From NCBI GenBank assembly GCA_024679065.1, contig JAGIQG010000005.1, forward strand, positions 78,616,001 to 78,680,000: a stretch of 64,000 nucleotides of DNA, given 5' to 3'. This DNA comes from Sphyrna mokarran. Its lineage: Eukaryota. The notes beneath the pieces are model-generated. The model worked only from the letters and a program-made list of their open reading frames with translations. It did no database searches and was not told where the DNA came from. This document shows, piece after piece, positions 62,634 to 64,000 of this stretch; within the stretch, counting starts at the first letter, position 1, and each line of letters begins with the position of its first letter. Both the position numbers and the translations under genes were made by a program.

Positions 62634-64000
62634 AGTTCCCCAAGCATCATACAAAAATAACTTTTAGTCACAACAATATATAGCCAAACAGAATCTCCAG
62701 AAAGAGACCATTTGGTTCATAAAGTCAATTGATCTGAGAGTTTCTGGATTCTTTCAGAGTATTGTAACTCTGCAACCAGATTCTCCAGCTGGAAGTATCA
62801 GAGATTATGACAGGTTGAATTTCAACTCTACCACAGCTTTCTCTGAAAGACCTTTTGATACTTGCTCAACAGTTCCTATGATGCCAAACGTTTCTAGCCA
62901 GTTCAACTTGATTTGCTTCAGCCAGTTTTGTTCCAAAAGGCAAAACCTATGTCTTTTTACTATTATCAGGAGTAGTTGGGCAGGCTGGTACAAGAAAGAT
63001 ACCAATGTTGATGTCAAGCCCATTATCTTCAGTGCCTCCCCCATTTACATTGCAAATTTAATTCCAGGCTTTTATTAGTTAATTGAATTTATATTGTATC
63101 AGCTGCTGTGGTGGGATTTGAACTCTTTAAAGTAATTTATTTTACATAATTCTGGTAGTGTGGCCCATTTAAGATAGCAGCAATCCCTGAAAGTCATGTG
63201 ATTGGCTCAGATCCTATAGAAAGGCAGAATGGGAAGCCAAGCCAATCAGATGCAAGGGCATGAGTTCTGGGATAGGATGTAACATCAATTGAAGTCAGGA
63301 AACAGAAGAATGTAAATGAGTACTGTAGTTCTGTTAGACTATTGCTTGTACGTATTGTTGGTTATAAACCTTCCTTCACTTGGAGACACAATGGGTGGAA
63401 TTTTCCCATCCCGCCCGTCATGGGAATTATAGCGGACAAGATGTGAACCATGCAAAGGTCCATTGACTTCGGGCGGGATTTTCCCATTTTGGGTTGAGTG
63501 CGGCTGGGAAGTCCGACCGAAAGAGTCATCTTTAAAGTTATGACAATGAGAAAAATTTCATTCTTCAGTCCAGGAGCCAGGGGAGTCAGTCTCCAGTTTC
63601 ATGGCCAGATTGAGAGTGTTACCAGAGCATTGCAAATTCTACCCAGCATTAGGGGAGATGTTAAGAGGCCTGTGGAATAAACATTGTAATGCAGAGGAAG
63701 TTGCTGGCTCAGATCAAATTGTCTTTAGAAATGTTCTGTCGGGATGGCTTAGGCAGCTGAATGTGCAGAGCGGGGTGTAAGTGACTCACAAGGCATGTCC
63801 AATGAGGTAAATTATTTTCGGTGAGAAAAACCAAATTCTGCTCAAGATACACGTGTTATAATTCAGATCAGAAACTCCAGACTTGGCTAGTATAAGCATG
63901 AAATGCTTTGCTTCAAGTATGGTTTAAATGACCCACTAGGGAGCTTTTATCAAACAAAGTTTATTTAAGAATACAGTTAACACGTGTAGAAAGAAAATTA

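Overview
This is AT-rich, repeat-laden vertebrate genomic DNA, almost certainly from a shark or other cartilaginous fish. It carries several HE1-type tRNA-derived V-SINEs, a Deu-domain SINE, many decayed CR1/L2 LINE fragments, Harbinger relics and MITEs, and LTR remnants. Almost all ORFs in the supplied track are spurious or repeat-derived. Reading splice signals by hand shows one multi-exon gene on the minus strand: about 10 small coding exons from 15988 down to 120, plus probable 5'UTR exons up to about 26 kb. Spliced at canonical GT-AG sites, these exons give a 213-codon frame with a predicted signal peptide, no internal TAA or TAG, five in-frame TGA codons in cysteine-like contexts (C-S-U, V-U-T-U-P-U, C-Q-U) and a C-terminal KNEL. 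This is a candidate ER-luminal selenoprotein of a family I do not recognise. No convincing SECIS lies in the 119 nt of 3'UTR inside the window, so it would have to lie left of position 1. An alternative splice route that avoids four of the five TGAs also exists, so the call is a hypothesis. From about 26 to 64 kb the window looks like intergenic or intronic repeat-rich DNA.
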